Counted from the first letter of the stretch, positions 1-11,800 are shown. The stretch: 64,000 bases of DNA from an uncultured Lachnospiraceae bacterium (GCA_910578885.1 CAJTSH010000012.1:25950-89949); one strand, 5' to 3'. Translations and numbers: made by a program. The notes: generated by a model not told the origin, from the sequence alone.

Positions 1-342
1 CAGGATGGAAGCAACAAGAAAGCTACTTACAAGATCACGATTATGAATAAGGCTGTTAAAAAGGTAAAACTGACGGCAAAGACCAAGACTGTGAAAGCTG
101 GTAAGAAGCTGACGGTAAAGGCATCTGTGACCCTGACTGGGAAGATATACAAGAAGTCAAAGTCTACGAAAGCCAACAAGACCTTAGCTTGGAAGTCAAG
201 CAATAAGAAGTATGCAACAGTAAATAGCAAGGGTGTTGTAAGTACAAAGAAGGCAGGAAAGGGCAAGACGGTAACAATTACTGCAACTGCAACAGATGGA
301 AGCAAAAAGAAAGCAACCATCAAGATTAAACTTACAAAATAA
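1..342 (+). CDS. 3' end of a secreted/surface protein, Lys-rich Ig-like (Big_2) repeats; partial
   Basis: Frame is open from base 1 (QDGSNKKATYKITIMNK...). Contains LAWKSSNKKYATVNSKGVV and TITATATDGSKKKATIKI, typical of Big_2 domains. Confidence 0.8.
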   Translation, partial: QDGSNKKATYKITIMNKAVKKVKLTAKTKTVKAGKKLTVKASVTLTGKIYKKSKSTKANKTLAWKSSNKKYATVNSKGVVSTKKAGKGKTVTITATATDGSKKKATIKIKLTK

Positions 343-464
343 CAGCAAGAGCATTCATTGTGTATCATATCGTCCGGTTTTATACTGCCCGGATGGGCAT
401 TATCTGCTATACATAGCTCCATGTGTAAACTATGAGCACATGGTAAAGCAATGAATGAAAGAGC

Positions 465-518
465 AGAGCTGTCACAAAACAGACGCAGAATGGCGTTTGT
501 GGAGTGACAGCTCTTTTT
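465..518 (+). terminator. Rho-independent terminator
   Basis: AGAGCTGTCAC...GTGACAGCTCT stem followed by a T run. Confidence 0.7.
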
Positions 519-540
519 AAGGTGTTGTATTTTTGGGAAT

Positions 541-576
541 TAAAATACGACACCTTTGTAAAATATGACACCTTTT
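541..576. repeat. 18-bp direct repeat x2 upstream of the GH81 gene
   Basis: taaaatacgacacctttg / taaaatatgacacctttt. Confidence 0.7.
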
Positions 577-623
577 GAAGCGGATCAAAAAGTTATAAAA
601 TATATTTACCATTTAAACGAAAT

Positions 624-645
624 TTTGCGCATATGGTTGCGCAAA
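624..645. promoter_or_regulatory. Palindromic operator candidate TTTGCGCA-N6-TGCGCAAA
   Basis: Perfect 8-bp arms about 40 bp before the GH81 start codon; LacI-family-like geometry. Confidence 0.55.
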
Positions 646-685
646 GATGCAGGGGGAGACGATTTTAGAAGGAGGGTAAGATAGT

Positions 686-3600
686 ATGAAGAAAAAGAAA
701 CTGCTGAAGAGGTCATTTGCCATATTGATGACATTGGCAGTGACAGGGACAACTGTTCTTGGCGGACTGGGCAAAGAAGGCGTGATTACTGCGCAGGCGG
801 CTGGAACGGCAGTAGGCAAGGGGACGATTGCTACAACTGTAACGGGAAGCTACTCGTGGGACACTGGTTCGGCGACCAATGCCTCTTTGCTTGATAAGCT
901 GCCGACGATAGCAAATAAGGGAACGCATCGTTTTACAACCGATAACTACGATTCCAATAACAAGGCGATTGACACGTCAAATTGGGGAACCTCTATGATG
1001 TGGAATTTAAACGGAGGCAATGCATACGGGAATTCCGTATATGCAATTCCGTGGGCGTTTAAAGCGGATGAAACTAGACAGGGGATGCTTATTACAAAAC
1101 CGATTACAACCTACAGCCAGGGACAGAACGAGACTGGAACGTGGATGGCCGGCATGGCTGAGAATGGTTCTACTTCGGAGTTTGTAGTTAAGCCCGGCTA
1201 TACGACAAATGGAGTAAAGGTGGATAATGTAACAGACTGGACATATGATGTTGTCATGCAGAATGCATCGAATACATCCCAGTACATGAAGACGACGATG
1301 GTTCAGGGAAGCCCGTTTGCCTATTTTGAGATGGTTGGGACAGACACCATGACCGTGGAACGCCCAAGATCGTTGGATTCTTCAATTGTCTCATATGACG
1401 GTTCTTCAGCTGAGAATTCTACCATGTTGGTGGTGCGTGTATTCGACAATCATGATGAGACGCGGACGGGAGATAAATATGATTATTATGCATTTTTTGT
1501 TCCGCAGGGGACAACGTGGGAAATTAAAAAAGCAAGTGAGAATCAGCTGACGTCTTTGAAGGCGAATTTTCCGTCAGGTAAAAGCTATTTTACGGTAGCG
1601 GTTCTGACGGAACTTCCGCAGATAGATGATAATGCGGCGCGTGCAATTGCAGATCTGTATAAGCCGTATGCGTATAATTTTGTGACTGATACAAGGGCGG
1701 AATATTCCTACAATGAAAATACCCAGAAGCTGTCTACGACCTTTACCTACACGGTAGACAAGAAAGAGGAAAGTACGGCAGAAGGAACTATTATGGGTAT
1801 TCTTCCGCACCAGTATAAGAATATGAGCGGATATAATTATCTTTCTCCGACCTTGAAGACCATTCGCGGAACGATGAAGACGCTTGCCGGTTCTTCTTTT
1901 AAGACAGAGCTGACATATACCGGCGTGCTCCCGTGGCTTGCGAATGTAAGCGATACGGCAACGCTTGGGAAGTATGTAGATGAATACATGGATAAGTATT
2001 TCCCGAACGGAGTGCCGAATGATCCGTTCGCAGTTATGTATCAGGGGAATGACACATATGGAACAGGTAAGGCATTGAACCGTACCAGCAATGTAATTGC
2101 TGCGGCGGAAGCGGCAGGTAAGGCGGATGATGCAGCAACTTTGCTGGAGGCTCTCAAAGGAGAGCTTCAGGATTGGTTTACCGCGACCGGTGAGGATAGA
2201 GACAAATATTTCTATTACGATAAAAATGTCGGGAGCCTGTATGGATTTCCGCAGAGCTACTCGTCGGTTGACCAGACAAACGACCATCATTTCCACTACG
2301 GATATTTTATCTATGCGGCGGCACAGATTGCGCTGCGTGACCCGGAGTGGGCAAGCGATTCCAACTGGGGGCTTATGGTAAAGGAGCTGATTAACGATAT
2401 TGCCTGTACTGAGAGAAACAGCTCAACATCAAGATATCCGTATCTGAGAAATTTTGCTCCGTATGAAGGACATTCCTGGGCATCCGGACATTCTAATTTC
2501 TCAGACGGAAACAACCATGAATCCAGTTCTGAGGCAATGAATGCATGGGCAGGAATTATATTGTTCGGCGAAGCAATCGGTGACAAGGAACTTCGTGATC
2601 TTGGAATTTATCTGTATACGACAGAGATTTCGGCAATCAACAATTACTGGTTTGATGTGGATGAGGACGTTTTAGACGATAATTACCGTTATTATGGACA
2701 GAAAAATGTAACAGAGGATTCTCTTCCGACCTATAATCAGGCAGCTCAGGTATGGGGCGGAAAAATGGATTATGCGACATGGTGGACGGCTGAACCGCTG
2801 CAGATTCAGGGAATCAACCTGCTTCCGATGAATCCGGCGTCTTTCTATCTTGCCGGAAATGATGAATATATTTTGGAGAACTGGAAAATCGCACTAGAGC
2901 GTGAGGCAAGGATTCCGGCCGACCGTCTCGGCGATACATATGAAGAATATACAAAGAGATGGAATGACGTCTGGAGCGCATATCTGGCGCTTGCAAATCC
3001 GGATACGGCAATCAGTTATTGGCAGCCGGGAGCAGATGAAGAAGGCGGAGAATCCAGAGCTCATACCTACCAGTATATTTATTCACTGAAAGAGTACGGA
3101 ACGCCGGATACATCTGTCACTTCAAATGCGGCTATGAGTGCGGTATTTAACAAGGATGGCGTGAAGACCTATGCGGTGTTCAATGCCGGAAAAGCGGCTA
3201 AGGAAGTTACTTTCAGCGACGGTATTAAAGTGAATGCACAGCCGGGGCAGATGACCTTGCTTAAAGGAACCGATATTGAGGGCGTCAGCGCTTACACAGT
3301 GGAATATTACAAGGAGAAGCTTGACGGAGGATATGAAAAAGAAACCGTTACCAAAGCTGGCATGGACGGCAGCACGGTTCAAGCAGAGCAGAAGGAGATT
3401 CCGGGATATTCATTTGACAGTGAAAATTCGGGCAATAAGTTAAGCGGAACAGTAACATCGAACAACGGGCTTGTGTTAAAGCTGTACTATAAGAGAAGCA
3501 CCTACACGATAAATTATGAGTTAAACGGCGGAAGCATGGAGCCGGAAGGACCGTCCAGCTACAAGTTTGGGCAGACTGTTTCATTAGGAACACCGTCAAA

Positions 3601-6271
3601 GGAGAACTGTGATTTCCTTGGCTGGTTTACGGACGCTTCCTTTAAAAATCAGTTGACGGAAATTACAGAGACGACATCCGGTAATTTGACGCTGTATGCG
3701 AAGTGGAAGGATTTGACTGTAACAGAGGCTGAAGAAGGAAAGTCCGCGAAGTATGAGGATGACAATATTATATTTGCTGTAACCGGAGAGAGCGGAATTA
3801 AAAGGGCTACCGTATATTATCAGCTTTTTGATTCTGAGGATGAAGCAAAGGAAAGAGTGAAGGATGCGGGCGTTGCAGGAACTATGGGAATGAACCTGAA
3901 TAACGATGGCGGAGATAATTGGAGCATTTCAATTCCTACGCCTAATGCGATAGGAAAGTTCATTGTGTTTAAATACAATATAGATGGTTCTACCGGCGTA
4001 AGGGATACGGCATGGGGAATCCACGAGATCGCAAAGATTTCCACAACTGCTGTAGCCTATAAAACAGAGTATTATCAGGAGCAGTTAGACGGTACATTTA
4101 AGCTGGCGGAGACTTCAAATAAGAGAGGCGAGCCGGAAGATACAGTAACTGCCGTTGAAAAGAATTTTACAGGATTTACATTGGATAAAGGAATTGACGG
4201 AACCGTAGCGAGCGGAACTGTAGGAGCGGCGAACAGCTTAACCTTAAAGCTGTATTATAAGAGGAACAGCTATACGATTACATACAACCTGAATGAAGGT
4301 ACAAATGACGGTTCTAATCCGGCGTCCTACAAGTATGGCGAGAGCATTACATTGAAGAATCCTACACGAGAGGGCTATACTTTTGGAGGATGGTATGAGA
4401 GCGCATCGTTTACGGGAAGCAAGGTGACAACAATCCGTGCAACGGCGGCTAAAAACTACGAGCTGTATGCAAAATGGACAGAAGGAGAAGGCGGGGACGA
4501 TTCCTATGTCAGAGGAGACAAGGGAATCGAAATTGATGAAAACGGAACGATAACTTTCTATGTATCTGATCCGCAAAAAGCTGGAATGGTAGTATTTTAC
4601 AAGGTCTGCGATACGGGGGAGGAGGCCTCTAAGATAACGGGAATCGGTCAGCTCGGCGGACATAACATGACCCAGAATGAAAACGGTGAGTGGGAGTTTA
4701 AGCTTGAGAATATTGGCAAAGACAAACATATCGTTTATGCATTCAATAACGGCGTACAGGAAGAAGTGTGTGCGATTCCTGTAACTGAAATTCCGTCCAC
4801 TTCAGGAGAAGGCGGCGGAAACGGCGGCGGAGATGAGGACGCCGCAGCTTACAGGGTAGAGCATTACCTTCAGAACACATCGTTGGACGGCTATACAAAG
4901 GATTCATCGGCAGATGAAAGCCTGACTGGTACGGTCGGAGAGACGGTTACTGCAAATGCAAAGACCTATACGGGATTTACTTACAATGCATCCGCAGAGG
5001 GAAGTGCGGTCAGCGGAACTGTGACCGAAGACGGGGCGTTGGTTTTAAGGCTGTATTATACCAGAAATAGCTATGCAATTAACTACACATTAAACGGAGG
5101 AACACAGAGCGCAGGAAATCCGGTTTCTTATCTCTACGGAGTCGGAGCGGCAGATTTGAAAGCTCCGAACCGTGAAGGATATACGTTTAACGGCTGGTAC
5201 GCAAATGCTTCGCTGACCGGCGAAAAGGTAACATCTATATCTGGCAGTCAGACGGGAGACATTAGTCTTTATGCAGGCTGGACGAAGAATTCAGGAGGAA
5301 GCACCGAAACGCCGCCGGGAAGTACTGAGACGCCGCCAGGAAGCACTGAGACGCCGCCAGGAAGCACTGAGACGCCGCCAGGAGGTACTGTGACACCGCC
5401 GGGAGGAGGAATACAGACACCCCCGTCTGCAAAAGTGAATGCGGCAGCGCCAAGCATTACGGAAAGTCCGGTAGGCGGGACTTATGAATATAAGGCAGAC
5501 GCAGTCCTGACAGTAGGTGCAAAATCTACGGACGGAGGAGCTCTGAGCTACCAGTGGTATTCCAACACGAAGAACAGCACCGTTAATGCAACGAAGATCT
5601 CTGGAGCGACCGGTGTGAGCTATAAAGCGCCTACTACGGCTCTTGGGACGGTATATTACTTCTGTAAGGTAACAAACACAAATAGTAAGGCAACCGGAAA
5701 CAAGACTGCAGCCAAGGATTCCGCAATTGCCGGAGTTGTAGTGACAAAAGCTGCAAATCCGATTACGAAGATATCAAGCTACAGCAAGGCAATCGGAAGC
5801 AAGGTGACCTTAAAGCCGCAGGGCTCGGCAACCTATAAGACTTCCAACAAGAAGGTAGTGACTGTTACCAAGAAAGGAAAAGTAACCTTTAAGGGAGTCG
5901 GAAAGGCGACGATAACCGTAACGGCAAAAGGCAACCAGTATTACAAGGCGGCAACAAAGAAAATTACATTTACGGTAACACCGAAGACTGCAAAAATAAG
6001 CTCTGCGAAATCCTCAAAATCCAAAACAATAACGGTGAAATGGAAGAAGGATAAGAAAGCAACGGGATATGAGGTTCAGTATTCTACCAGCAGCAAGTTT
6101 AAAGGCGCTAAGTCTAAAAAGGTGAAGGGAAGCGGAACAACTGCATTAAATATTTCAAAGCTAAAGGGCGGTAAGAAATATTATGTAAGAGTACGTGAAT
6201 ACACGAACTACAAAAAGAAACCTGTCTACGGAGCATGGAGTAAGGTGAAGAGTATAAAAGTAAAGAAGTAA
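686..6271 (+). CDS. Secreted multidomain GH81 endo-1,3-beta-glucanase (InlB B-repeat/MucBP-like repeats, CBM56-like modules, Ig and FN3 tail)
   Basis: Signal peptide; GH81 motifs NDHHFHYGYF and GNNHESSSEA; three YTITYNLNGG...PTREGYTFGGWY...LYAKW-type repeats; Lys-rich C-terminal FN3. Confidence 0.92.
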   Translation: MKKKKLLKRSFAILMTLAVTGTTVLGGLGKEGVITAQAAGTAVGKGTIATTVTGSYSWDTGSATNASLLDKLPTIANKGTHRFTTDNYDSNNKAIDTSNWGTSMMWNLNGGNAYGNSVYAIPWAFKADETRQGMLITKPITTYSQGQNETGTWMAGMAENGSTSEFVVKPGYTTNGVKVDNVTDWTYDVVMQNASNTSQYMKTTMVQGSPFAYFEMVGTDTMTVERPRSLDSSIVSYDGSSAENSTMLVVRVFDNHDETRTGDKYDYYAFFVPQGTTWEIKKASENQLTSLKANFPSGKSYFTVAVLTELPQIDDNAARAIADLYKPYAYNFVTDTRAEYSYNENTQKLSTTFTYTVDKKEESTAEGTIMGILPHQYKNMSGYNYLSPTLKTIRGTMKTLAGSSFKTELTYTGVLPWLANVSDTATLGKYVDEYMDKYFPNGVPNDPFAVMYQGNDTYGTGKALNRTSNVIAAAEAAGKADDAATLLEALKGELQDWFTATGEDRDKYFYYDKNVGSLYGFPQSYSSVDQTNDHHFHYGYFIYAAAQIALRDPEWASDSNWGLMVKELINDIACTERNSSTSRYPYLRNFAPYEGHSWASGHSNFSDGNNHESSSEAMNAWAGIILFGEAIGDKELRDLGIYLYTTEISAINNYWFDVDEDVLDDNYRYYGQKNVTEDSLPTYNQAAQVWGGKMDYATWWTAEPLQIQGINLLPMNPASFYLAGNDEYILENWKIALEREARIPADRLGDTYEEYTKRWNDVWSAYLALANPDTAISYWQPGADEEGGESRAHTYQYIYSLKEYGTPDTSVTSNAAMSAVFNKDGVKTYAVFNAGKAAKEVTFSDGIKVNAQPGQMTLLKGTDIEGVSAYTVEYYKEKLDGGYEKETVTKAGMDGSTVQAEQKEIPGYSFDSENSGNKLSGTVTSNNGLVLKLYYKRSTYTINYELNGGSMEPEGPSSYKFGQTVSLGTPSKENCDFLGWFTDASFKNQLTEITETTSGNLTLYAKWKDLTVTEAEEGKSAKYEDDNIIFAVTGESGIKRATVYYQLFDSEDEAKERVKDAGVAGTMGMNLNNDGGDNWSISIPTPNAIGKFIVFKYNIDGSTGVRDTAWGIHEIAKISTTAVAYKTEYYQEQLDGTFKLAETSNKRGEPEDTVTAVEKNFTGFTLDKGIDGTVASGTVGAANSLTLKLYYKRNSYTITYNLNEGTNDGSNPASYKYGESITLKNPTREGYTFGGWYESASFTGSKVTTIRATAAKNYELYAKWTEGEGGDDSYVRGDKGIEIDENGTITFYVSDPQKAGMVVFYKVCDTGEEASKITGIGQLGGHNMTQNENGEWEFKLENIGKDKHIVYAFNNGVQEEVCAIPVTEIPSTSGEGGGNGGGDEDAAAYRVEHYLQNTSLDGYTKDSSADESLTGTVGETVTANAKTYTGFTYNASAEGSAVSGTVTEDGALVLRLYYTRNSYAINYTLNGGTQSAGNPVSYLYGVGAADLKAPNREGYTFNGWYANASLTGEKVTSISGSQTGDISLYAGWTKNSGGSTETPPGSTETPPGSTETPPGSTETPPGGTVTPPGGGIQTPPSAKVNAAAPSITESPVGGTYEYKADAVLTVGAKSTDGGALSYQWYSNTKNSTVNATKISGATGVSYKAPTTALGTVYYFCKVTNTNSKATGNKTAAKDSAIAGVVVTKAANPITKISSYSKAIGSKVTLKPQGSATYKTSNKKVVTVTKKGKVTFKGVGKATITVTAKGNQYYKAATKKITFTVTPKTAKISSAKSSKSKTITVKWKKDKKATGYEVQYSTSSKFKGAKSKKVKGSGTTALNISKLKGGKKYYVRVREYTNYKKKPVYGAWSKVKSIKVKK
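5297..5401 (+). repeat. 21-bp coding tandem repeat x5 (GSTETPP linker)
   Basis: ggaagcactgagacgccgcca-type units, directly visible. Confidence 0.9.
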
Positions 6272-6280
6272 ATGCGCATA

Positions 6281-6309
6281 TTATGCGGAGCAAGACCAGC
6301 TTCACATAA
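6281..6309. repeat. REP-like dispersed repeat, family A, copy 1
   Basis: ttatgcggagcaagaccagcttcacataa; matches 25649-25668 and the reverse complement of 40983-41011. Confidence 0.7.
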
Positions 6310-6325
6310 GCTTATTGCACAGAGG

Positions 6326-6361
6326 CTTTGCCCCGCAGTGTATCTGCGGGGCAAAGATTTT
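6326..6361 (+). terminator. Rho-independent terminator of the GH81 gene
   Basis: CTTTGCCCCGCAG-tgtat-CTGCGGGGCAAAG followed by ATTTT. Confidence 0.85.
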
Positions 6362-6529
6362 CCGTAAACAAATTTTAAATGGTTCAGGTTACATAACTGT
6401 GAGGCATAGGATGAACTGTTACCATTTGCCAGAATAATTTATCAGGAAAGTCTTGAAGAAAATGAAAAAACAAGTTACAATAAGGCAAAACCCATTGAAA
6501 CAAAGAGAGAAAGCAAAGAGGGGGATAGG

Positions 6530-6871
6530 ATGCAGGAAGTACAGAGTAAATTAAAGGAAAACATTCAAGAGAACCTGAAGGAAAATATCAATGAATTAAA
6601 GGAAAAAAGGAATTATATGAGATATGCCAGACGTATGGCTGGCGGGATGTGTTCTTTAATCGGAACACTTCTTGCAATTTATGTTGGAGGCTGGCTGATG
6701 CTTTTGTCTCCGTTGAAAGAGACGGTTTTCGCATTTTTCCTTGGGACTGTCACCAAAAAGATGGTAATTGTAACTACTATAAAATGTGCCCTTTCGTTAA
6801 CGACAGTTGGCGCGATATGGTGCGGCGGTTATATTTTGAACCGCAAGATTGTCGGGTATGAGGAGTGTTAG
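6530..6871 (+). CDS. Small hypothetical membrane protein (2 TM)
   Basis: RBS gagggg; charged N-terminus followed by two hydrophobic segments. Confidence 0.7.
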   Translation: MQEVQSKLKENIQENLKENINELKEKRNYMRYARRMAGGMCSLIGTLLAIYVGGWLMLLSPLKETVFAFFLGTVTKKMVIVTTIKCALSLTTVGAIWCGGYILNRKIVGYEEC

Positions 6872-6881
6872 GACTGATAGT

Positions 6882-6918
6882 AAACAGCCGGTTGGAGTAT
6901 TCACAACCGGCTGTTTTT
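6882..6918. terminator. Bidirectional terminator between convergent genes
   Basis: AAACAGCCGGTTG...CAACCGGCTGTTTTT. Confidence 0.8.
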
Positions 6919-6933
6919 AAGCTGCTGCAATAT

Positions 6934-8682
6934 TTAAAAACGGAAAATTTCCATATCTTTTTTCAGTTCGGCAGACAAGGCCACCATTCTTTCCGTAATC
7001 TTGTTACACTCTGTGATGACGCCTTCCAATTGGGAAACAGTAGCGGAGGCTTCTTCTGTGCTTGCTGCGTTTTCTTCTGCAATTGCTGCAAGATCTTCTA
7101 CAATGCTCAATACACCGGTTTTAATGCCGTCAATTTCCTTCATCTGTGAACCGATTTCATTGATTGCTTCGGCAACATGATTGACCTCTGTATTTAAGGA
7201 CCGGAATACCTCCTGCGTATTCTGGATCATGCCCTGCTGTTCCTGCATTTCGGCAGTCATTTTATCCATCGCATTGACACTGAGGTTCGAGTTGGTCAAA
7301 AGGACATTTACCACATCAATGATTCGGTCGGCAGCATCCTTAGACTGTTCAGACAACATACGGATTTCATCTGCAACAACGGCAAATCCCTTCCCCATTT
7401 CCCCGGCTCTGGCTGCCTCGATGCTGGCGTTTAAGGATAGGAGGTTTGTCTGGGAAGCAATATTGGTTATTAACTCCGTAGCTTCACGGATGCCGTTTGC
7501 AGAAACATTGGTATCATTGGTTTTTTCATATACAAGTTCCACAGATTCTTTGGTGTGGGAACTGATGGTCTCTAGTTCCTTTAAGGTATGGTTTACCGAG
7601 GAGTTGTATTCCTTCATGAGCTCGGAGCTGTTATGTAAATCCGTAATATTGGATGAAATCTGATCCATTGCAACACCCATCTCCGTCACCTTGGTATTTG
7701 CCTCCTGCGTCTCTACTGCCTGTGAAGTGGCGCCGTTTGCAATGCCCTCAACAGCAACGTCAATATCGGAAATATTATCGTTGATATTTCGAAAAGCTTT
7801 TACAAAATTTTCTGAGAAATCGGCAAGAGTGTTACTGGTGCCGATAATATTTTTTACAATATCGGTCAATTTTTCCACGACCTGTTTCGTGGCTTTTGCA
7901 ACATCGCCAATCTCGTCATTCCGGTCTAAATTCTTTTTAACTTGTGTGAAGTGCAGCTCGCCGTCTGCCAGCTTCTTGATTTCCTTGGTAGAGTAGGTTA
8001 ACGCACTTGACATCCGTTGTACGACAATGCCGGAAACAACTGTACATAGGACAATTCCTACAATGAATAAAATGCTTAACAATAGGAAGGATTCATTGAT
8101 AACCTTATCAAGGGAAGCGCGTTCTTTTGCCGCAAACACCATACCAATGATTTCATCGGGATTATCCGTTCCGACCTGATAAAGCGGAGAATAATATCCG
8201 CAGTATTCAACGCCGTATAGGTTCATCTTGGAAATAAATACATCCTCCCCGTTCTTAAGGACGCGTTCAATGATCTCTTCATCTTCTATCGGAACGCTGA
8301 TCTCGCGGACGCCTTTTTCATTCTTCATAGTAGTCAGAACTTTCGTTTCGCCAAAGTAGAAGGAGATATCTATTTCTGTGGACGCTTTCAGGGAATCCAG
8401 AGTAGCCTGCTGACCATACATGGACACATATCCTTTCATGAATCCGTTGGTTTCATCATATGTATAAGGCTCCCCGTTAATCTTGCTGTAGCGGACAATG
8501 GTGCTCTGCGTATAGGTGTTCAGGTTATCCTTCATGCCGTTGATTCCAGACTGATTTAATTTGAGCTCACCGACAAAGGTTACAGAAATACCTAATATCA
8601 GCATCGGCAGGATAACAAGCGCCAGCACCCGCAGACGAAAGCCGCCAATTCGTTTGGTTCGTTCTTTCTGTTGTTTTTTCAT
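6934..8682 (-). CDS. Methyl-accepting chemotaxis protein (Cache-type sensor, HAMP)
   Basis: Two TM segments; signalling hairpin [34 protein letters not shown]. Confidence 0.95.
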   Translation of the reverse strand: MKKQQKERTKRIGGFRLRVLALVILPMLILGISVTFVGELKLNQSGINGMKDNLNTYTQSTIVRYSKINGEPYTYDETNGFMKGYVSMYGQQATLDSLKASTEIDISFYFGETKVLTTMKNEKGVREISVPIEDEEIIERVLKNGEDVFISKMNLYGVEYCGYYSPLYQVGTDNPDEIIGMVFAAKERASLDKVINESFLLLSILFIVGIVLCTVVSGIVVQRMSSALTYSTKEIKKLADGELHFTQVKKNLDRNDEIGDVAKATKQVVEKLTDIVKNIIGTSNTLADFSENFVKAFRNINDNISDIDVAVEGIANGATSQAVETQEANTKVTEMGVAMDQISSNITDLHNSSELMKEYNSSVNHTLKELETISSHTKESVELVYEKTNDTNVSANGIREATELITNIASQTNLLSLNASIEAARAGEMGKGFAVVADEIRMLSEQSKDAADRIIDVVNVLLTNSNLSVNAMDKMTAEMQEQQGMIQNTQEVFRSLNTEVNHVAEAINEIGSQMKEIDGIKTGVLSIVEDLAAIAEENAASTEEASATVSQLEGVITECNKITERMVALSAELKKDMEIFRF

Positions 8683-8770
8683 GATGTGTCCTCCTCTTAA
8701 GTCCCATTTTTATATATCTATGATACCAGACTTTTTAGAAAAACTCAATCATTTGAACCGTGTTATGACT

Positions 8771-8797
8771 TAAGTTTTTGTATATTTTAACCGACAT
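8771..8797 (+). promoter_or_regulatory. Probable sigma-28 (SigD/FliA) promoter
   Basis: TAAG-N15-ACCGACAT versus consensus TAAA-N15-GCCGATAT. Confidence 0.55.
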
Positions 8798-8869
8798 ATG
8801 AAGTAGAAATTTATTTGTGTGAAGATGAAGATTACAGGGCGCACATTTTAAGCAATTGGAGGAAATTGA

Positions 8870-11800
8870 ATGAAGATAGAAAATGCGGTATTGCCGGATA
8901 TTCTGCCAAAGATTGGCGGTGCAGAGAAAAGAGAAGAGAAGGAGCTGTCATCTGCGGGCATGCAGACAACCTTCACAATAGACAGTGCAGTAAGGAAGAA
9001 CGGGATATTTAAGGATGCTGTCTATGATAAGCCCAAGCAGGATGCGGAAACTATCATGGAAGATATAGCGAGTCAGGCGCAGGAGAAGGATGCGGTCACG
9101 ATGAAGAACGAAATGCTCTTTGCGGTTGACACCACTTCTTCGGAGGATGCAAAGAGAATAGAGGAAGATGGATTTTCGTTAGTGGATACTAAGATTGAAA
9201 CCGTGGTAACAGAGACGGATAAAATCAAGATGCAGCTTGCAAAAGCAGGAGTAGATATTAGTATATTCGGGGATGATCTGTCAAAGGAGCAATTGGAAGA
9301 ATTGGCAGGTAATGAGGCAGCGGCAATACAAATGGCACAGGAAATGGCGGCGATGGATTTGCCGGTGACTGAGGATAATCTGGAAGAGTCAATAGAAGGG
9401 CTGGAGATGGCGAAGGAGTTATCTGCGCCAACCGAAGGAACCATAAAATATATGTTGGACAATGAGCTGGAGCCTACCATTGAAAATCTCTACAAAGCAG
9501 AGTACAGCGGAAGCAGCAGCTATCAAAAACCCGGAGAGAATGTAGCTTATGATGGTTTAGAAGAGCAGATTACGTCAGTGATTGAAGAGGCAGGACTTGC
9601 AGTAACCGAGGACGCGTTGGCGGACGGCAGATGGCTGATTGACAATGAAATTCCTCTTACGCCGGAAAACCTTGCCTACATGCAGGATTTAAAGGGACTT
9701 GAACTTCCGGCAGAAGAGCAGGCGGTTATGGAAGCGATGGCAAGAGCCGTTGCAGAGGGGGGGCGTCCTAAAGACGGAGTGCTGATGGAAGGATATACTC
9801 TGGCTGAAAAAGCAGAGGCGGCAGCACAGACATTGGAGGAGGTAAGCGATGCATCTCTGGCCTGGCTGGTAGAAAATGATATGGAGCTTACTATCGCCAA
9901 TTTACGTAAAGCCGAAGCAGCGGCTGCGGCGGGCAGCGCACAGGGGGGGGCTGTCAGTGCCGAGAAGGAGCTGGCGCTTTTAACGGCGCACAGGCAGTTG
10001 GAGGAAGCGAGACTGGCTATGAGTGCGCAGGCAAATTATTCTCTGTTAAAACAGGGGATTTCCATAGACACGAAGCCTTTAGTTGAATTGGTGGACGCAT
10101 TGCGGGAGCAGGAAAACAGTTACTATCAGCAGATGCTTGCGCAGGAGGGGATTCCGACAACAGAGGAGAATATCGCTGTTTACCGGCAGACTACGGAAAC
10201 GGTGGAAGCCTTAAAGGGGGTTCCGGCATATACGCTTGGGATTCCCGAAGCAGACGAAGCGGATTTAGAAGGTCTGTATGAAGCCGGAAAGGAACTGCAG
10301 GAGTCCTTGAAGAAGGCTGGAGAAAGCTATGAGACTATGATGACGGCGCCGAGACGGGATATGGGCGATTCTATACAGAAGGCGTTTGCGAATGTCGATG
10401 ATATTTTAACGGATCTTGGACTGGAAACTTCTCCGGCAAATGAGCGGGCGGTACGCATTCTGGCATATAACCGTCTGGAAATCACAGAAGAGTCCGTATT
10501 ACAGATGAAAGCAAAGGATGAGGCGGTGCAAAGATGTTTCCGCAATCTGACGCCGTCCGTTGTTCGGGAAATGATAAAAGAGGGAGTTAATCCTTTGGAT
10601 ATGAGCATTGATGAGCTGAACCGGAAGGCTGTGGAAATTAAAACGGAGCTTGGTACCGAAGAGGAAGAGCGTTTTTCCAAATATTTGTGGAAATTAGATC
10701 AAAATAAAGCAATCGGCGAAGAAGAGCGGAGCGCATTTCTTGGAATTTATCGTTTGATTACACAGGTAGAGAAAACGGATGGAGCTGCAATTGGCGCGCT
10801 GATGGAGCAGGGCAGTGAATTTACCATGAGAAATCTTTTGACGCAGGTTCGTTCTGGGAAACACGGGCAGAAGGAATATACTGTGGATGATGAGTTCGGC
10901 GGAGTAGCTTCTGCTAAGCAGGGGCTTTCCATAACAGAACAGATTGAGAAGGGATATCAGGCAGATTGCGTCCGGGATGTTTTGGATTACTTGACGCCTG
11001 ATAAGCTCGGCGGGCTTATGGATGACGAGGGCTGGCTGGATCTGACGCCGGAGCAGTTAGCACAGAAGCTGGCAGGAGTTACCGCAGAGAAGGATACAGC
11101 GGATACGGAGTTAGAACAGGCATACATAAATGAGAAGGTCGCAGATTTAGAAGCCTGTAAGAAGGCGCCGGAAGAGGTTTATCAGATGTTGTTAGACTGT
11201 GATATGCCGTCTACTGTACAGAATGTCCTCGCCGCATACGAGATGTTAGAGAACCGCAATGACGCATTCCGCAAGTTCTTCCAAAATCATCCGGCAGCGA
11301 AAGGGAATCAGGCAGAAGAGCTTGCCGAGATAAAACAGCAGATTTTAGAGAAGTTTGCAGAATCGGTGAAAACACCGGAAGAGATGGCGAAAGCACAAGA
11401 GGCGCTTGCTGATACGGCAGAGAATGTGATGAAGACCATGATAAATGAGAGTGAAGACGTGACCGGTCTGGACATCCGCCAGATGAAGCTGTTAAATACA
11501 CAGATTGCGATTGGGACTGCTCAGGTAAAGGAAGAAAAATACGCAATTCCGGTTTTGGTAGGAGATGAGATTACGAATATTTCCTTAAAGATCGTCAGGG
11601 GAAAGGAAAAGAAGGGACTGGTGGATATTACATTCTCCACAGACCGTCTCGGTCAGGTCACAGCCAGATTTTCTTGTGAGCAATCTGGCGTCCGCGGATA
11701 TGTGGCGGCAGAGAGGGAAGAAACAACAAAACTTTTAGAGCAGAATGCAGAGGCGTTAGCAGATAATATCTCGGAAGAGGGGGAAGCGGATATCCGTTAT

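Noticed and set aside
5297..5401. 21-bp repeat as a phase-variation switch
   Set aside because: Unit length is a multiple of 3, so copy changes only alter a Pro/Thr linker length
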